From Camelus ferus (taxonomy: Eukaryota), in NCBI RefSeq assembly GCF_009834535.1, contig NC_045697.1, positions 51,896,001 through 51,960,000 on the forward strand: a stretch of DNA of 64,000 nucleotides, in the 5' to 3' direction. Below the pieces are notes generated by a model. That model was given only the letters and a program-made list of their open reading frames with translations. It was not told the DNA's origin and did not search any database. Shown here piece by piece: positions 22,712-35,302 of the stretch (its first letter is position 1; each line of letters starts with the position of its first letter). The position numbers and the translations under genes are program-made.

Positions 22712-24920
22712 GAAAATGAACCAAAAAGGCTAGCAATCAGGAAAATCCGGACAAGCTCCCTCTCCCCATGGTGCATACGTCTTATTTAAAGTGGAACTCT
22801 CCATAAATCGCCGACTCCTTTTTTCTGCAAGTGGAAGAACAAAAAAAGTGCGGGTTCACTTTCTAGTTGCTTTCGTCCTCCTTTTGTTCTGCATTGACTC
22901 GTTTACCAGAATTTCTTGGAAGAAAGCACCAAAGATTATTAACCGAAGGAAAGTGAAAGTTGCTAAATGTGTTGGTCACTTTCTAAAGCCAAGAAGGGAC
23001 TGGAGCCAACTGTGCATATCAGCTGATTTTTTTTTTTTTAAAGTTACGGTCAAAATAAAAAAGAGGTGCCAATGGTTTACACTTTAACAAAAGGTTTTGA
23101 AAATGGAGCAAAGAATTTCTTAGACTTGTATTCCTATTTATCTATATTAGAAGTATTGTGTGAGCACATTTGCAGCTGTTGTGTAAATACTGTATATTGC
23201 AGAAATCAGTATTATTTTAAGAGATGTGTTCTCAAATGATTGTTTACTCTATTACATTTCTGGATGTTCTGGGTGCCTGTCATTGAGTATTGCCTTATTT
23301 GACGTTCTATGGGTTGATTTTCAAAGCAGACTCTTTCAAAGAAGAAGTTAGAATCACCACCACTGACAATACAATGGGTTTATGTCGTGTGGTTTTGTTT
23401 AATCAACAATGTGATACCTAAATTACAGAAAAAGGAAACAAACAGATAAGCTGCAGATACAGAGATTTCAGCTTACCTATTGACCTTCCATCGTTTAAAT
23501 AAAAAAGAATAAGATTGGCGTCTTAGTAGACTTGTAGTCACAGGGACCAGGGATCAGTTAAGGAGCCTGTGCACAGCAGAACTGAATCCTCTTACCAGGA
23601 CCTCAGTAGATGCCACTGAAGTGTCCTACGTTCTTGTGTTGTTTTTAATTTTCCCCTGGTTGACATATACAAAGAGGTATACTCGTGGTTCTGTGATAAC
23701 GACAAAGGAAAAATGTTCTGAGATCATTTGTATGTTGGTACCCGAGGAAGACATCACTGAACCACAATTGACAAGTATAGTCAGGCTTCAGGGCTCTGGA
23801 AGCAGGTTCAAGAAAGCATTGGTCAACAGTTGCAATATTTATTTTCCGCATGGTTCATATCCAAATGTCCACAACCACAATGCATCTGACTGCAATAATG
23901 TGCTAGTAATTTATGTCAGTGATCACCTTACTCACAGTGAAGCCAGAAATGCTCTCTCCAGGGAGTAGATGTAAAGTACTTGTATATAGAATTCAGAACT
24001 GAAGATATTTATTAAAAGTTGATTTTTTTCCTTTATAGTATTTTTATGTACTAAATATTTACGCTAATATCAATGACGTATTTTGGTAAACTAGAGAGAC
24101 ATAATTAGAGATGCATGCTTTGTTCTGTGCATAGAGAAGAAATTTAAGCAAACTACAGCAGCCAAATCAAAGAGCTAAAATTGAACAACATTGATGTCAT
24201 GCACACCTTTTGCAGTTTTAAAGTAGTTAGTGCAAAGTTGGTAACTTGTTCCCCTTCAATGACACATAAAATAGTACAGACACAGATAGCTAGCTGTTTA
24301 ATGAACTAGTGAATTAGAAACATTTTTTTAAGTATGTGGAAGAGATAAGTACTTCATGGATTACACTTAAAAGAAAAAAGGAAGATAAGTGATGTCAGCA
24401 AAATCATTTTGAGTTCAGTTCCTGAACTAGCTAAAAGTACATTATGCAAACTAAAACGTAGGTATGTTAATCTCGCAAAGCACAGAATGTGCAAGGACTT
24501 TTGCATTATAACCATGGGAAAAACAACAGCTTCACCTATTGACTCTGTACCTCTAAAGAATCGCTGCTACTTTGTGCAAGACTTTTGAAAGTCAAATGAA
24601 TTAGGTGAATTCCAGATTGCAAAACAATCCCTGAGCTTCGAGTAGAAGTCCTTTTTTTTCTCTCCTAAAAATTTCCCCGGAATGAAGTTCTCTCTAGTTT
24701 GCTTGCATGTGCGTAAGTCTGGTCCACAGGGGAATGCAGAGAAAGCCGGTCACACACATCCACCTCCCATAAAGATGTACATACTCGTTACACTTCTGAC
24801 CTTTGAGCTTCCTTTTCTACTAAGCTAAAAAAAAATCCTTTTTATCAAAGTGTACACTACTGATGCTGTTTGTTGTATTGGGAGCACGTAGCAATAAAAT
24901 GTTAACAAAATATAGACATG
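22712..24920 (+). other. ADAMTS3: ADAMTS3 3'UTR (approximate end)
   Basis: repeat-free AU-rich sequence from the stop codon to AATAAA at 24893; alternative AATAAA at 23054 and 23498. Confidence 0.7.
24893..24898 (+). terminator. Likely distal polyadenylation signal of ADAMTS3
   Basis: AATAAA preceded by TGTA elements and U/G-rich sequence; repeats begin ~300 bp downstream. Confidence 0.65.
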
Positions 24921-25200
24921 GCTCAATCGAGATTTTATCATTAGAGTCATCACAGAGTAATGGAAACCTATTCTTTCCTCCTACAAAGTGAAACAGTATC
25001 AAGTTCATGTGCTGCTTGGACTTTCTCTAAAGAGGCTCAAATAAGACGATAGTGTCTCCTATTTTCATTTCAGGGTGTATCGTAATACTTCTTAAGTAAA
25101 TTTTAAAAAGATAAAATAAGAGGTTACGGGGGTGGCTTTTTGCTTAAGTCCATCCCGCAGAACTTGAGGAGACAGAAAATGGCAATAACGCTAGTTGTAC

Positions 25201-25689
25201 TGTTACCGGGAAGAGGGAAATAAGAATTACCTTGGTTCTCAGTCACCTGAAAAAAAAGAATTTTTGATGAGAGACAAAAAGCATGATATAAGCAAGATTT
25301 TTATTAGTAAAGTGAAAAAGTAGTAAAAGTACACTCCCGAGAATTGGGAGCGGGCCAATCCAAGAGAGAAAAGGTGGTGCCATTCCTTTGTTTTTCCCAT
25401 TTTTATATCCTGGTTTCATGACTGATGGACAACTCAGGTTCCCTGCGCTCTGGCACGCCCGTCCTCTTTTGGGGAGGTTCTTTGGGTCAAGTTACACCAC
25501 GTCCCCCTCCCATGCGCAGCTGCAGCACTTTGATTTTAGCTGGCTTCTTTTACTGGCCCTCATTTAGAGAAAGTAAAAATTTCTGGAGTCCCTTTTCCTG
25601 AAGGCAGACACTGCTGCCATTTTCTGGGTTGCTCCTTTCCCCTTCCTCTCCCCCTGCCCAGTGCTCATTTCCATCTAAACTGCCTAACA
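25201..25689 (-). mobile_element. ERV1-class solo LTR, copy 1
   Basis: TGTTA...TAACA termini; 4-bp TSD GTAC; minus-strand TATAAAA (~25401-25407) upstream of AATAAA (25300-25305). Confidence 0.9.
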
Positions 25690-25949
25690 GTACAAGAAGG
25701 ACAAAGGGCCCTTCTATTTTGAAAAAGTGCAATCCCAGAGTGGTTTTTAAAGAAAAACTGCCACCAGCTTTGGACCCTGAGTACTGGTGGGAACACATCA
25801 CCCACAAGTCTGGAGTGTGGGAAGAACAGGGCATCACAGAGGAGAGTGTTTCATTATGTAACAGGGGGACACTGTTGTGCCACTTGGTTACCAGTTTAAA
25901 CTGGAAAGGCAGAATGACTCAGGCTTAAACTCCACTTCATACCCGAATG

Positions 25950-26100
25950 AACGTGGGTAATCTCAGATTTCAGTTTCCTCATCTGTAAAATAAGAGGCAG
26001 AATTGTCAAACATGATTGTGTGGCTGCTGTTGAGAAATGAGATCATACAAATAAAGCTGTTCACTTGGGGCCCCACACAGAGTAATTCACAATAAATAGT
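25950..26100 (+). mobile_element. MIR SINE
   Basis: core tcagtttcctcatctgtaaaat. Confidence 0.75.
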
Positions 26101-27134
26101 ATCATCTTCGTCCTTGGATTTCCCAAGCCGCTTCCTCATCACCTTCATATGTGACAAAACCTCAGCTTTCCTTTAGGGTCTCCAGCTAGTCTGACTCATG
26201 GCCACTATGTCTCATTAGTACTGGTAAAGAATGTAGTTTCAGGATCTAAAGACAAACAATTTAGCTTTAAAAGTTGATAGGAAGGACAAACCCATTAAAA
26301 ATGACGTTGTCATTGATTTTGAAGAATTTTAGAAAAATACACCCACTTTCTCTTTGCAAACTATAAATAGTGAAACTAGAGAATAATTATGTATTTCTGC
26401 AAAGATGGTCAACGGTGCCGTACTGCCCCAAATTATTAGCAAATAAAATGTTTCTCACATATTTACATTAATACACACTGCAGAAGTATCAAGCCATTTC
26501 TCTATACCTATCTTATATTTTCTTTGTGAAGCCACTTAAGTGTAAGATAGAAAAAAAATCAATTAAAAATGATGAAAACATAGATAAGCCAGAAAAGTTA
26601 CTACTTGTTTAAAAAGTACTAAATATAGAAAAAGATTAAAAAGTAAAAAACTACAGTAAAATTGCTTAAAATGCAGCAAAATAGGAAACCAGCCACCCGT
26701 ACACAGGCATTATCAACACATCAATTAATATCAGAAACTATTTGGGGCCCAGACACTTCTGAATAATTCACTTACAGCTAGTGATAAAATTTAAAAATTA
26801 ATTAAAATGCTGCCTAACCAAGCAAAGCATAATCTACTGAAATGAATTTGTCATCAAAAACACAAATTCTGAAATGAAGCAAGGTGTTACAAATTTCTGT
26901 GAAAGTGTTGTAGAACTTACCTAAGAATCAGAATTACTCCTGAATCTCCCCCATCCTGACATATGGCAGGTGCGTAAGAAGCTGATCATCCGCTTCGTGG
27001 TGACAGTAATGTTACTGCATTAACATCATTGATTGGAAAGACTGCTCTTGTCCAGTCAATTCAGTTTCAAATAAATTGTTGACCAATTAGCTTTCAATTA
27101 TTTGATCAATAACAATTTCACCTGGGGCTGAGGG

Positions 27135-27137
<3 letters not shown>

Positions 27138-27181
<44 letters not shown>
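27138..27181. repeat. (GT)n microsatellite
   Basis: directly visible. Confidence 0.95.
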
Positions 27182-27182
<1 letters not shown>

Positions 27183-27453
27183 AACTACTAAAAAAATAAC
27201 CCAAAGTATTCTGTTGTCAGGGATCAAAGCAATTATTCACAGCCAAGTGTTATTCATACTCATATCACAAGTGTTAATATCCTGCCCTACAGGATCGCTC
27301 CAGAAGCTTGAACCCAAATAACAAAGCTCTTCTACAACCCACTACTGAATAAACAAGTGATGCTAAAATTCCAACTGTAGCCATGCAAAGAATAATTCTT
27401 TTCAAATTAGTTGCTTGTGGAGACTTAGAGGGAGAGATTGTCATTAGCAGTTC

Positions 27454-28020
27454 TGTTACCGGGAAAAGGGAAATAAGACTTACCTCGGTTCTTAGTCACC
27501 CGAAAAAAAAAAAAGAATTTTTAAAGAAAGACAAAAAGCGTGATATAAGCAAGATTTTTAGTAAAGCAAAAGATGGTAAAAGATAGTACACTCCCAAGAC
27601 TTGGGAGCAGGCCAATCCAAGAGAGGAAATAATGGCGCCGCTCCTTTGTTTTTCCGGCTTATATCCTGGCTTAGGGGCGTTTTTGTGATTGAGTAACGGC
27701 TCAGGTTCTTTGAGTGAGCAGGCTGATTGACAGCTCAGGTTCCTTGTGCTCAGGTTGATTGACAACTCAGGTTCCTCGTGCTCTGGCACACCCATCCCCC
27801 TTTTGGGCAGGTCCATTGGATCAAGTTACGCTGGGTCCTTCACTTATGCGCAGCTGCAGCATTTTGATTTTAGCCGGCTTCTTTTGCCGGCCCTCATTTA
27901 GAGAAAGTAGAAGTTTCTAGAGTCCCTTATCCTGAATGCAGACATACTGTAATTTTCTGCGTTGTTCCTTTCCCCTTCCTCTCCCCCGTCCAGTGCTTTT
28001 TTCTGTCTAACTGCCTAACA
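27454..28020 (-). mobile_element. ERV1-class solo LTR, copy 2 (same family as 25201-25689)
   Basis: TGTTA...TAACA termini; 4-bp TSD GTTC; colinear similarity to copy 1. Confidence 0.9.
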
Positions 28021-28129
28021 GTTCAAAGGTGAAAACAAACTTCTCCATTGTGGAAGATAAAGGGCCAGTTGATGTGTTCCTATGACAAACAGATAATAGA
28101 CCTAAAGGCCACAAGAAGCTATGGTGCCC

Positions 28130-28370
28130 TGACTGAGGGTGTGGGCACTGAAGTCAGACTGCTGGTTCAAATGCTGGTTCTGTAGCAAACTAATTGTGAC
28201 TTGAGTGAATGACAATGTGCCTAAGCCTTAGTCTTTTCATCTATAAAATGAGGATGGTAATAATTCATTGGGCTGTTTGAGCACAAAATTAAATAATTTA
28301 GGAAAAACCATGAACACAGGGCTTAGCAGGCATCAAGTGTTCAATAAAAGTTTGCAATGATTATTTCTTC
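28130..28370 (+). mobile_element. MIR SINE
   Basis: aagtcagactgctggttcaaat ... ttttcatctataaaatgagg. Confidence 0.7.
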
Positions 28371-29136
28371 CAGATACTCTTTTTAAAAACTTGTATATCT
28401 TTGTATAGATGACCAAAAGACCCCACAAGATCCAATTTCACTTTTTTCAAATCAAGGTCACAATTTCCACAAAGTCCCATCCGCCTAAACGTGTCCAGTG
28501 TGTCCTAAAAAATGCGGAAACAAGATCTGAAGTAGAGAGTTGTGTGAGCACTGCGTATAATGTAACAGCTATCATTTCATAAAAGGCATAAGCTGGCAAA
28601 CAAAGCCAAAGATGAGCGGAGCTGCTTTCTCCACAGCGGCAGCACTGCACACAGGAGACTGTCCCCAGACTTGGCTGTCTCCAAATCCTCTTTCATGGGT
28701 GACACCCTTCTTCTGGGGCCCGGGACAGGGGTTGTGGCTATTACATGCAAACTTCAATTATAATTGGACTATACTATACACTTTGTCCCTGGATAAACAA
28801 AAACCTCTGTTTCCTTTGCATTCTTCACGAGTCCCTCGCACTCTGCTTTGCCCATTGTACAGACTTCCTAACTACTTACTCCAGGCTCTCAGGCTCTGAT
28901 ACGCAATGCAGATTTCCTGGAGTTATGACTGTGGTGCCCATTCTGTTCTCAGCTTTTTCATCTCTCCATTACCATACTTGTCAGCATCAGGAACTAGCTA
29001 ACGTTGATGCAGAAAGGACCTTTAGCTCTAGTCTGGTACTTCTCATTTTGCAGGGATAGCATTAAGGCCCAAAGGTGAATTTTCCATGATCTCACTTCTG
29101 AGTTTGAGTAGAGCTGGGGTTAGGATTGGAACTAGT

Positions 29137-29197
29137 CCAGAAGTTGACACAGCATTGTAAACTGACTATACTTCAATAATAATAATTTAAAAAAACA
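29137..29197 (+). mobile_element. Extremely truncated L1 3' tail (~60 bp)
   Basis: ttgacacagcattgtaaactgactatacttcaat matches the L1 end at 59580-59630; TSD ATTGGAA(C/T)TAGT. Confidence 0.75.
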
Positions 29198-30099
29198 ATT
29201 GGAATTAGTAGAGCAACTGTCTCAGTCTATGACCAGTATGCTTCTATTCTGTAAAAATAAGGGACTCCAATGTAAAGGAAGGCTGTTAACCTGGGATAAG
29301 CAAGGGTCTATGTGCTCAACCTAAACAAGTGAGCAGAAGTATGCATTCTGAGAGAGAAACTCTGAAGGCTTATTAGTGAAGGATATTATACTCCCAAATG
29401 AGCCCATTGCAACCGTCCACACTGCAGAGGAATGTGTCCAGCTATCTGCGTGGGACATCTTCACTTATGTGTATTGGATACTGGGATGAGTCCTTTTTTT
29501 CTAGTCTAATTTCCAGAAGATCTATCTACATGTTGAGATGTGCCATTCTGGTTTCTCTTTTGGATTTCTCCACTCTGATTTTCACATCTCAGATGTTGCA
29601 TGGTGCCTGGAGGTGGTAACACAGCCTCTGGCTGAAAGCTTTCATATGTATAATGTTCTCAACATGGAGCTCAGACTGTCGGAAGCAACAGCCACTCTGA
29701 TTCATTCTGCCTTTGCTTCGGATTTTTATGGTTGTTAGAAATGCTTTTGTGTGATGTGGGTGGTCTGGTTCTGTAACGTCCTTCCCTCTATAGTCATCCT
29801 TCGACTTGAAATCTTATCCTGTTCTCCTACTCAGACTCCCGAAAACTTACAAGCACGCTCACATCTTCCTCATCATCAGAGAAGGATCAGACTTCTGCTT
29901 GAGTCTACTTCTGCCTCATTAGCCAGGATCTGATCTCTTTTCTTTCTTCACCACCAAACTTCTCAAGACGGTGGCCTAGCGACATGGTCTCTTCTTTTCC
30001 TCATTCCCTGTGGAGTCCAGCATTCACCCTAGAACCCACTGTAGCCTGTCTTCTGCCCCAAGTACATGGTAGAAAGAGCTTTCCCAAAGACTATGGTTC

Positions 30100-30420
30100 A
30101 ACAAATTTCTGTGGAGCTCTGACTGTGTGCCAGACACTGGTCTAAGTACTTAGAACACAGTAGGGTGCAAACTGGGAAGAATCTCTGCCCTCTGACTGGA
30201 GCTTACTTTGTAGCAGAGGAAATAGAGAAACAATAGTCATAATACATTGGTTTGCTATCCAGTATGTTGAAAGGTGATAAAAGCGTATCGTGGGTGAAAT
30301 AGGATGTCAGTGGTAGTGCTCATTAGTAGGTGATGGGAGAGGGAAGACTTGAAGGAGGTGAGAGAATTTGGGGAAGAACATTCCAGGAGGAAGGAATGAG
30401 TGCAAAGTCCCTCAGGTGTT
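30100..30420 (-). mobile_element. L2 fragment
   Basis: tgtgtgccagacactgg, ggaagaacattccagg...gtgcaaagtccct. Confidence 0.65.
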
Positions 30421-30549
30421 CTTTTATATCTTTGGGTCCTTCCTTAACTTTTTATACTCCTAACCCACAAAACCCCATCCCAGTTCTTTCTGTTATTGCA
30501 CCTTTATTGTCCCATAAAACTTACTCCACAAAATGAGCTCCTCCTTACT

Positions 30550-30938
30550 ACTTCCTGAGTTTTTCAGATGCTAAAAAACCACCACCAAAGGGAAGAAATT
30601 AACTACTAATTAACTACTTGATGATTAAGAGCTCGCAGCCCCCAGACCTGGCGCCTAGGGATTGATAGTGGTGACCGCCCTGCCCTGTTACCTCCACATC
30701 AGCCAATCAGAGAATTGTGCACGCGCTGATCACACATCCTGTGACCACCCATCCCTCCTCACCTGGCCTTTAAATAGGCTTTGCTGAAACCCTTCAGGGA
30801 GTTGGGGGTTTTCTTGGGCATGAGGCAGCCCATCCTCCTTGCTCAGCCCTGCAATAAATCTTTCTCTGCTCCAAACTCTGACGTTCCAGTTTTTTGTCCT
30901 CATGGTGTGTCTGACACACAAACTTGCCTTCGGGAACA
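30550..30938 (+). mobile_element. ERV LTR, 5'-truncated
   Basis: CCAAT 30703, TTTAAATA 30769, AATAAA 30853, ends AACA. Confidence 0.75.
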
Positions 30939-33900
30939 TTACTATTTATTTCATGAATGTCTCTCTCTCTCTCACACACACATACACATGTACACACATA
31001 CACATGTACACACACATACACCCCCTTCCCTTCCTATTCCTGCACAGTCCAACCTTCTAAAGACTCCAAAAGCATTTTACTGAAGTCTTGTGGAAAGTGT
31101 AGTGTCCACGTGGGTGAGGAGGGGAGAGTGGGGGTTGCCATACACCAAAAGCAAGTATTTTTTAAAACTCCTCTTTATAAAAGTCTCTCCCTGAAACCTC
31201 GTGATTCCAAACAGCTGCTTCTTGAAGTTCTCTGTGCTGCCCCACAGAACTCCCGGCCCCTCTCTCTCCTGGCTTCTAATTCTTTCCTCTAGTAGGAGGC
31301 ATCAGGCACTTTTTCATGGAAGCATCTGTCCTATCTGGGTGTCTTCAGTTCCACCACCAGGAGGCTCTTGCACTTAATCCTGAAGAGAAATGATGGCAGT
31401 TAAGAGAGTGATGGATGTTAGGTATTTAGAAGATGAATTTTAATTCTTTAGGAATCAATCAGATATGAAAAAAAGGATGGAGGTGAAATTACTCAGCAGA
31501 TTTCTGGCTTTGTGCCACATTGTATTTGATATATTAAAATGTGTCTACCTCCTACATTTTATATAATACTTGATACAGAAAATTGAAAGGCTATTTATAA
31601 TATTGTTTTGAAAATATGGCTATGAGCAATTCAAATAGTTTATAATTTTCTCTGATTTCCCTCACATCACCATGGATATATGGAAATTCTTGCAAAGTGA
31701 AGCAAATCTAATTTACAACTAGTTCCCAAGAAATATTATGAATACTAAATTTAACAACATGACGAGTGTAAACTTATATTTTGTTTGTTCCTAAATATTT
31801 ACTAATTTTTATTTTGTATTCTTATTTTTCTCTTGCTGAGCAAATAATATTTTGGGGAGGGGTTCAAAAATTGGATAGGCCCGTGAGAAGCAGAGCATCC
31901 CTGGGCGCTGTGCTTAAAACTCCTAAAGAACAAAACAGACGCAAATCTAGCAAACACTACGGTCACTGGCAGAGCCTTGTGCGTGGACCTCTGGGAGGTG
32001 TCTATTCAGTGGACTGTCCTGTATTTCTGTCTAGAAGACCCATTAGAAGTCTTGCCAAGTTGGTTAGGAGCAATGCTCATGCCCCGGGGAGTTGGCTCTC
32101 CTTTTAGAAATTTCATAAAGAGAAACATAATCTTGGAGAGTATTATTAAATTAGAGTTTGTTATATTAAAAGAAAAATCAAAGCAGAATAGGTTACTTCT
32201 CTTGGATAGGACTAGTTTAAGTACATAACCTTATGTTCTCCCTCTCCAAAGGCTCAGAAGTCAGCTGGGCTTTCGTTTAAGTTCAGATGTACTTCACCTT
32301 AAGCTGCAACCTACCTCTGGCAAAAGCTGCCTTTTGAAAGGCCACGGATGAGTCATACACAGTCACAAAACTCATTTCTGGTCAAATGTTAGGTGGCTTT
32401 AAATTTGAATGGTGGAACTCAGAGGTGTCAACAGTTTTTTGGAATGTGAGCTCTGGGTCGCCTTACAATTTCTGATGGCTCATCATACACACAAGCAAGA
32501 ACAAGTCAAAGGAAGAAAACCTGTCCTCATGGACACAAAAACACACACACTGTCACTGTAGCAAGCAGGTGTAACATGCTGGCAATAATCATGAAAGCTT
32601 GCATTTGAATTGGCCAGAAGAGTGAGTTCATAAAACACTTTCTCAAGTAAGCCTCATTTAACCCTCTTTCTAAACAGATGATGAAGGTTAACACTTAAGA
32701 TATTTGGAATTAAAATGAATGTAGAAGACAATGTACTCTGAGAAAGTTGTAAGAAAAGAGATAAACTCAAGTGAACGCTTGCTCCAGAACTAACACTGCA
32801 TCTTGCTTACCCTACAGGGTCCATAGTGTTGGGCTTAAAATAATGCTTGTTGATGAGGCTAAAAAATGCTTGTGCACAAGAAAAAAAGAGTAAAAGCCAA
32901 AACATATCTTAGAAGTATGATCAAAATAACTGGAAAAGAAAGGTCTGATAAAACAAAATTAAAAAGATTTCTTAGGTGCAGAACTTAACATAGCCTTTGA
33001 TATATTTAAGTAAGTTGTGAAATCTTTGAAAGTGGAATAGGTGAGAATCCACTTAAGGTTAGCCATAGAAATACTTGCCTTTAGACTCCAGAATTCAGAA
33101 GTTGCAAATTTTAAAATACTAGTAGTAAATTCAAAAGTTAGTGGATTTTGTGGCTATTTTACTTCTCATCTCCCAACCATAGGGGACTAAAGATACGGCT
33201 CCCTAAATTAGATTGGATGGTAATAAAGACAGGAATTTAATTGACTCCTTTATATAAATCAGCAAATTATGCATAGATTCAAATAACTCTAATCTGTACA
33301 AATTAAGAAGCTTAATTTGCCCTCAGACAGCCTCTCGATTTGTGACAAATTGCAATTAAGAGTCAGTATGTGGTAGAAATATAGGCAAACCTGGAACAGA
33401 ATTCATACTGTCATTTATGAGAGACATACTTAAAGGTTTTGAGTATCTAGTTCCTTGTCTTTAAAATGAAGGTGATTAGATCCACTTCACAGTACTCTTG
33501 TGAGATAACGAAGGAAAAGGCTGTACTGAGTTCCTGGTAGGTCCTCACTAAGTGTTAACTTTGATCCTGAGACGTCAGACCAGGTTCAGGTATGGTCATA
33601 ATGTTTTTGATTGCACTTGAAATGTCACACAAGTGAAGTGTTCACTATAAAGAGCAAATTCAAACAATTACTCTGACATGAAGGGCTCTACAGTAAGATG
33701 AAGTATCTACACATATGAGGACCTTATTCATTATTGAGCGTTTCCTCGTCATTTGGGTCTTATATTAATCTCTGGAATATTTGCGCTTCCACTAAACCAG
33801 TGAAGCAGTGAGTTTCAATATTTGCTTCCCGCTCTTGGAGTACATCTTCCAAAGGACACGGTCCTGACACCTTGACTGTTCGACTTTTTGATTAGATAGA

Positions 33901-33949
33901 ACTGTAATTCATTCATCTCTCTAACCGCCATTTATTGGATTCCTAATTG

Positions 33950-34560
33950 TAGAAGGCACCTGAGTCTTGGCTACCATCACTCACCTGGATGGTATAATAA
34001 CCTCTTAAGTGTTTTCTTGACAACCCACATTCTCCAGCTTAATTAAAGTAATTTTTCTTAGGCCTCCAATCAGAACCATGTTCCCCTCCATCTGAACCAC
34101 GTCAGAATGTTGTCTCCAAGTATGGCTTGTATGGTCCTCCATGGCCTGGTCCATCCATCACTGCAAGTTCATTTTGATCCTTCCTCCCGTCCCCCACTAT
34201 TTTTCACCCAGAAAGATGTTTTACAGTTCCTTCGATGCCCCGAAACCTCCCCTACTGCAGGAAACTTGCTGTTTCCTCCTCCTGGAAGGCTCTTTCTCAC
34301 TTTCTTTAAATATTTTCTTCTCAGCCTTTCGTTCTCAGCATGAGAAAAATGCTAGTTCCGCTGAAACATCTTTCCCTGTCCCCACAGCTATGTGAGGGCT
34401 CCTTTTGTTCTCCTTGTTGTATTATCCGGCACAGCACTTTCATATCATTTTGTTTGTCACCTGGTTGTGTTTCGTTCTGTTATTCACGTCTGTCCCTTGC
34501 TGGAATACACTCTGCAGGAGGAAGGAACTACCTGTCTTGCTCACCTTTGTATTCCCAACA
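33950..34560 (+). mobile_element. L2 fragment
   Basis: accatcactcacctggat, ctggaaggctctttctc, tgctcacctttgtattcccaacac. Confidence 0.6.
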
Positions 34561-34753
34561 CTGGATCCTCACATTCTCTGTGGTGGGTGACACAGACGTA
34601 GAGATTGGTGTTCGGTGGACGAGGTGCTCACTGGGTGTTACGGGAACGAAGAAACCGGGCCAGGTTAGGATGGCATGTCCACAGAAGCAACCCTATTACC
34701 TTTCCCTCTTTCTTCACAGGGCCTACAGATCCTGTAGGTGAGCAAAGGGAAAC

Positions 34754-35302
34754 TGTTGTGGGACACAACGTGGCAATGGTGACACTCGGGTTGGTAAAGA
34801 ATTACCAGAGACCAAGAAGAGTTTAGGAGAGTTTAACAGGTGCGCAGCTATAGGTAACAGCGGGCCACACGGAGGTGCCTCATGAGGGTGGCCGAGCAGG
34901 GACTTTTACTGGGGGAGGCGGCTGTGCACACAAGGAGTGGGGGACTGCGTGATCGTTCATGCACAGCTACCTGGTTGGTTGTAAGATCTGTCAGGGACTT
35001 CGCTGAACAGTAGGTTTTATGACTCTGATAAGGGCAGGATGTGAACCTGTCCGCCTAGCGTTTTGTGAGAAAGGCTACTTCCTGTGGCGGTTTAGCTTTG
35101 TTAGGGTAAACACACATCAAGAGATATTTTTATTCTGCAGAAATGCAAGTATGGGAAGGTCCTGCAGTGGGGAGTGGGGGTTAAGGTGTCAGTGGGCTCC
35201 CGGCACACAGAGAGCCCACGGGTTTTATGACTCCAGAGAGTGCCAGCCGGCTCCCCAGAAACCATTTCTAGGGGCAAAGAACAGTATGCCTGTACTGTCA
35301 CA
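34754..35302. mobile_element. Probable old LTR
   Basis: TGTTGTGGG...TCACA bounded, GC-richer block; no clear TSD. Confidence 0.4.

Noticed and set aside
23621..23968. 115-aa ORF in the ADAMTS3 3'UTR
   Set aside because: Non-ATG start, no recognisable domain, no splice support
25201..28020. Single provirus or LTR retroelement with a 1.8 kb internal region
   Set aside because: Each LTR has its own distinct TSD, and the interval contains a MIR and no recognisable retroviral sequence
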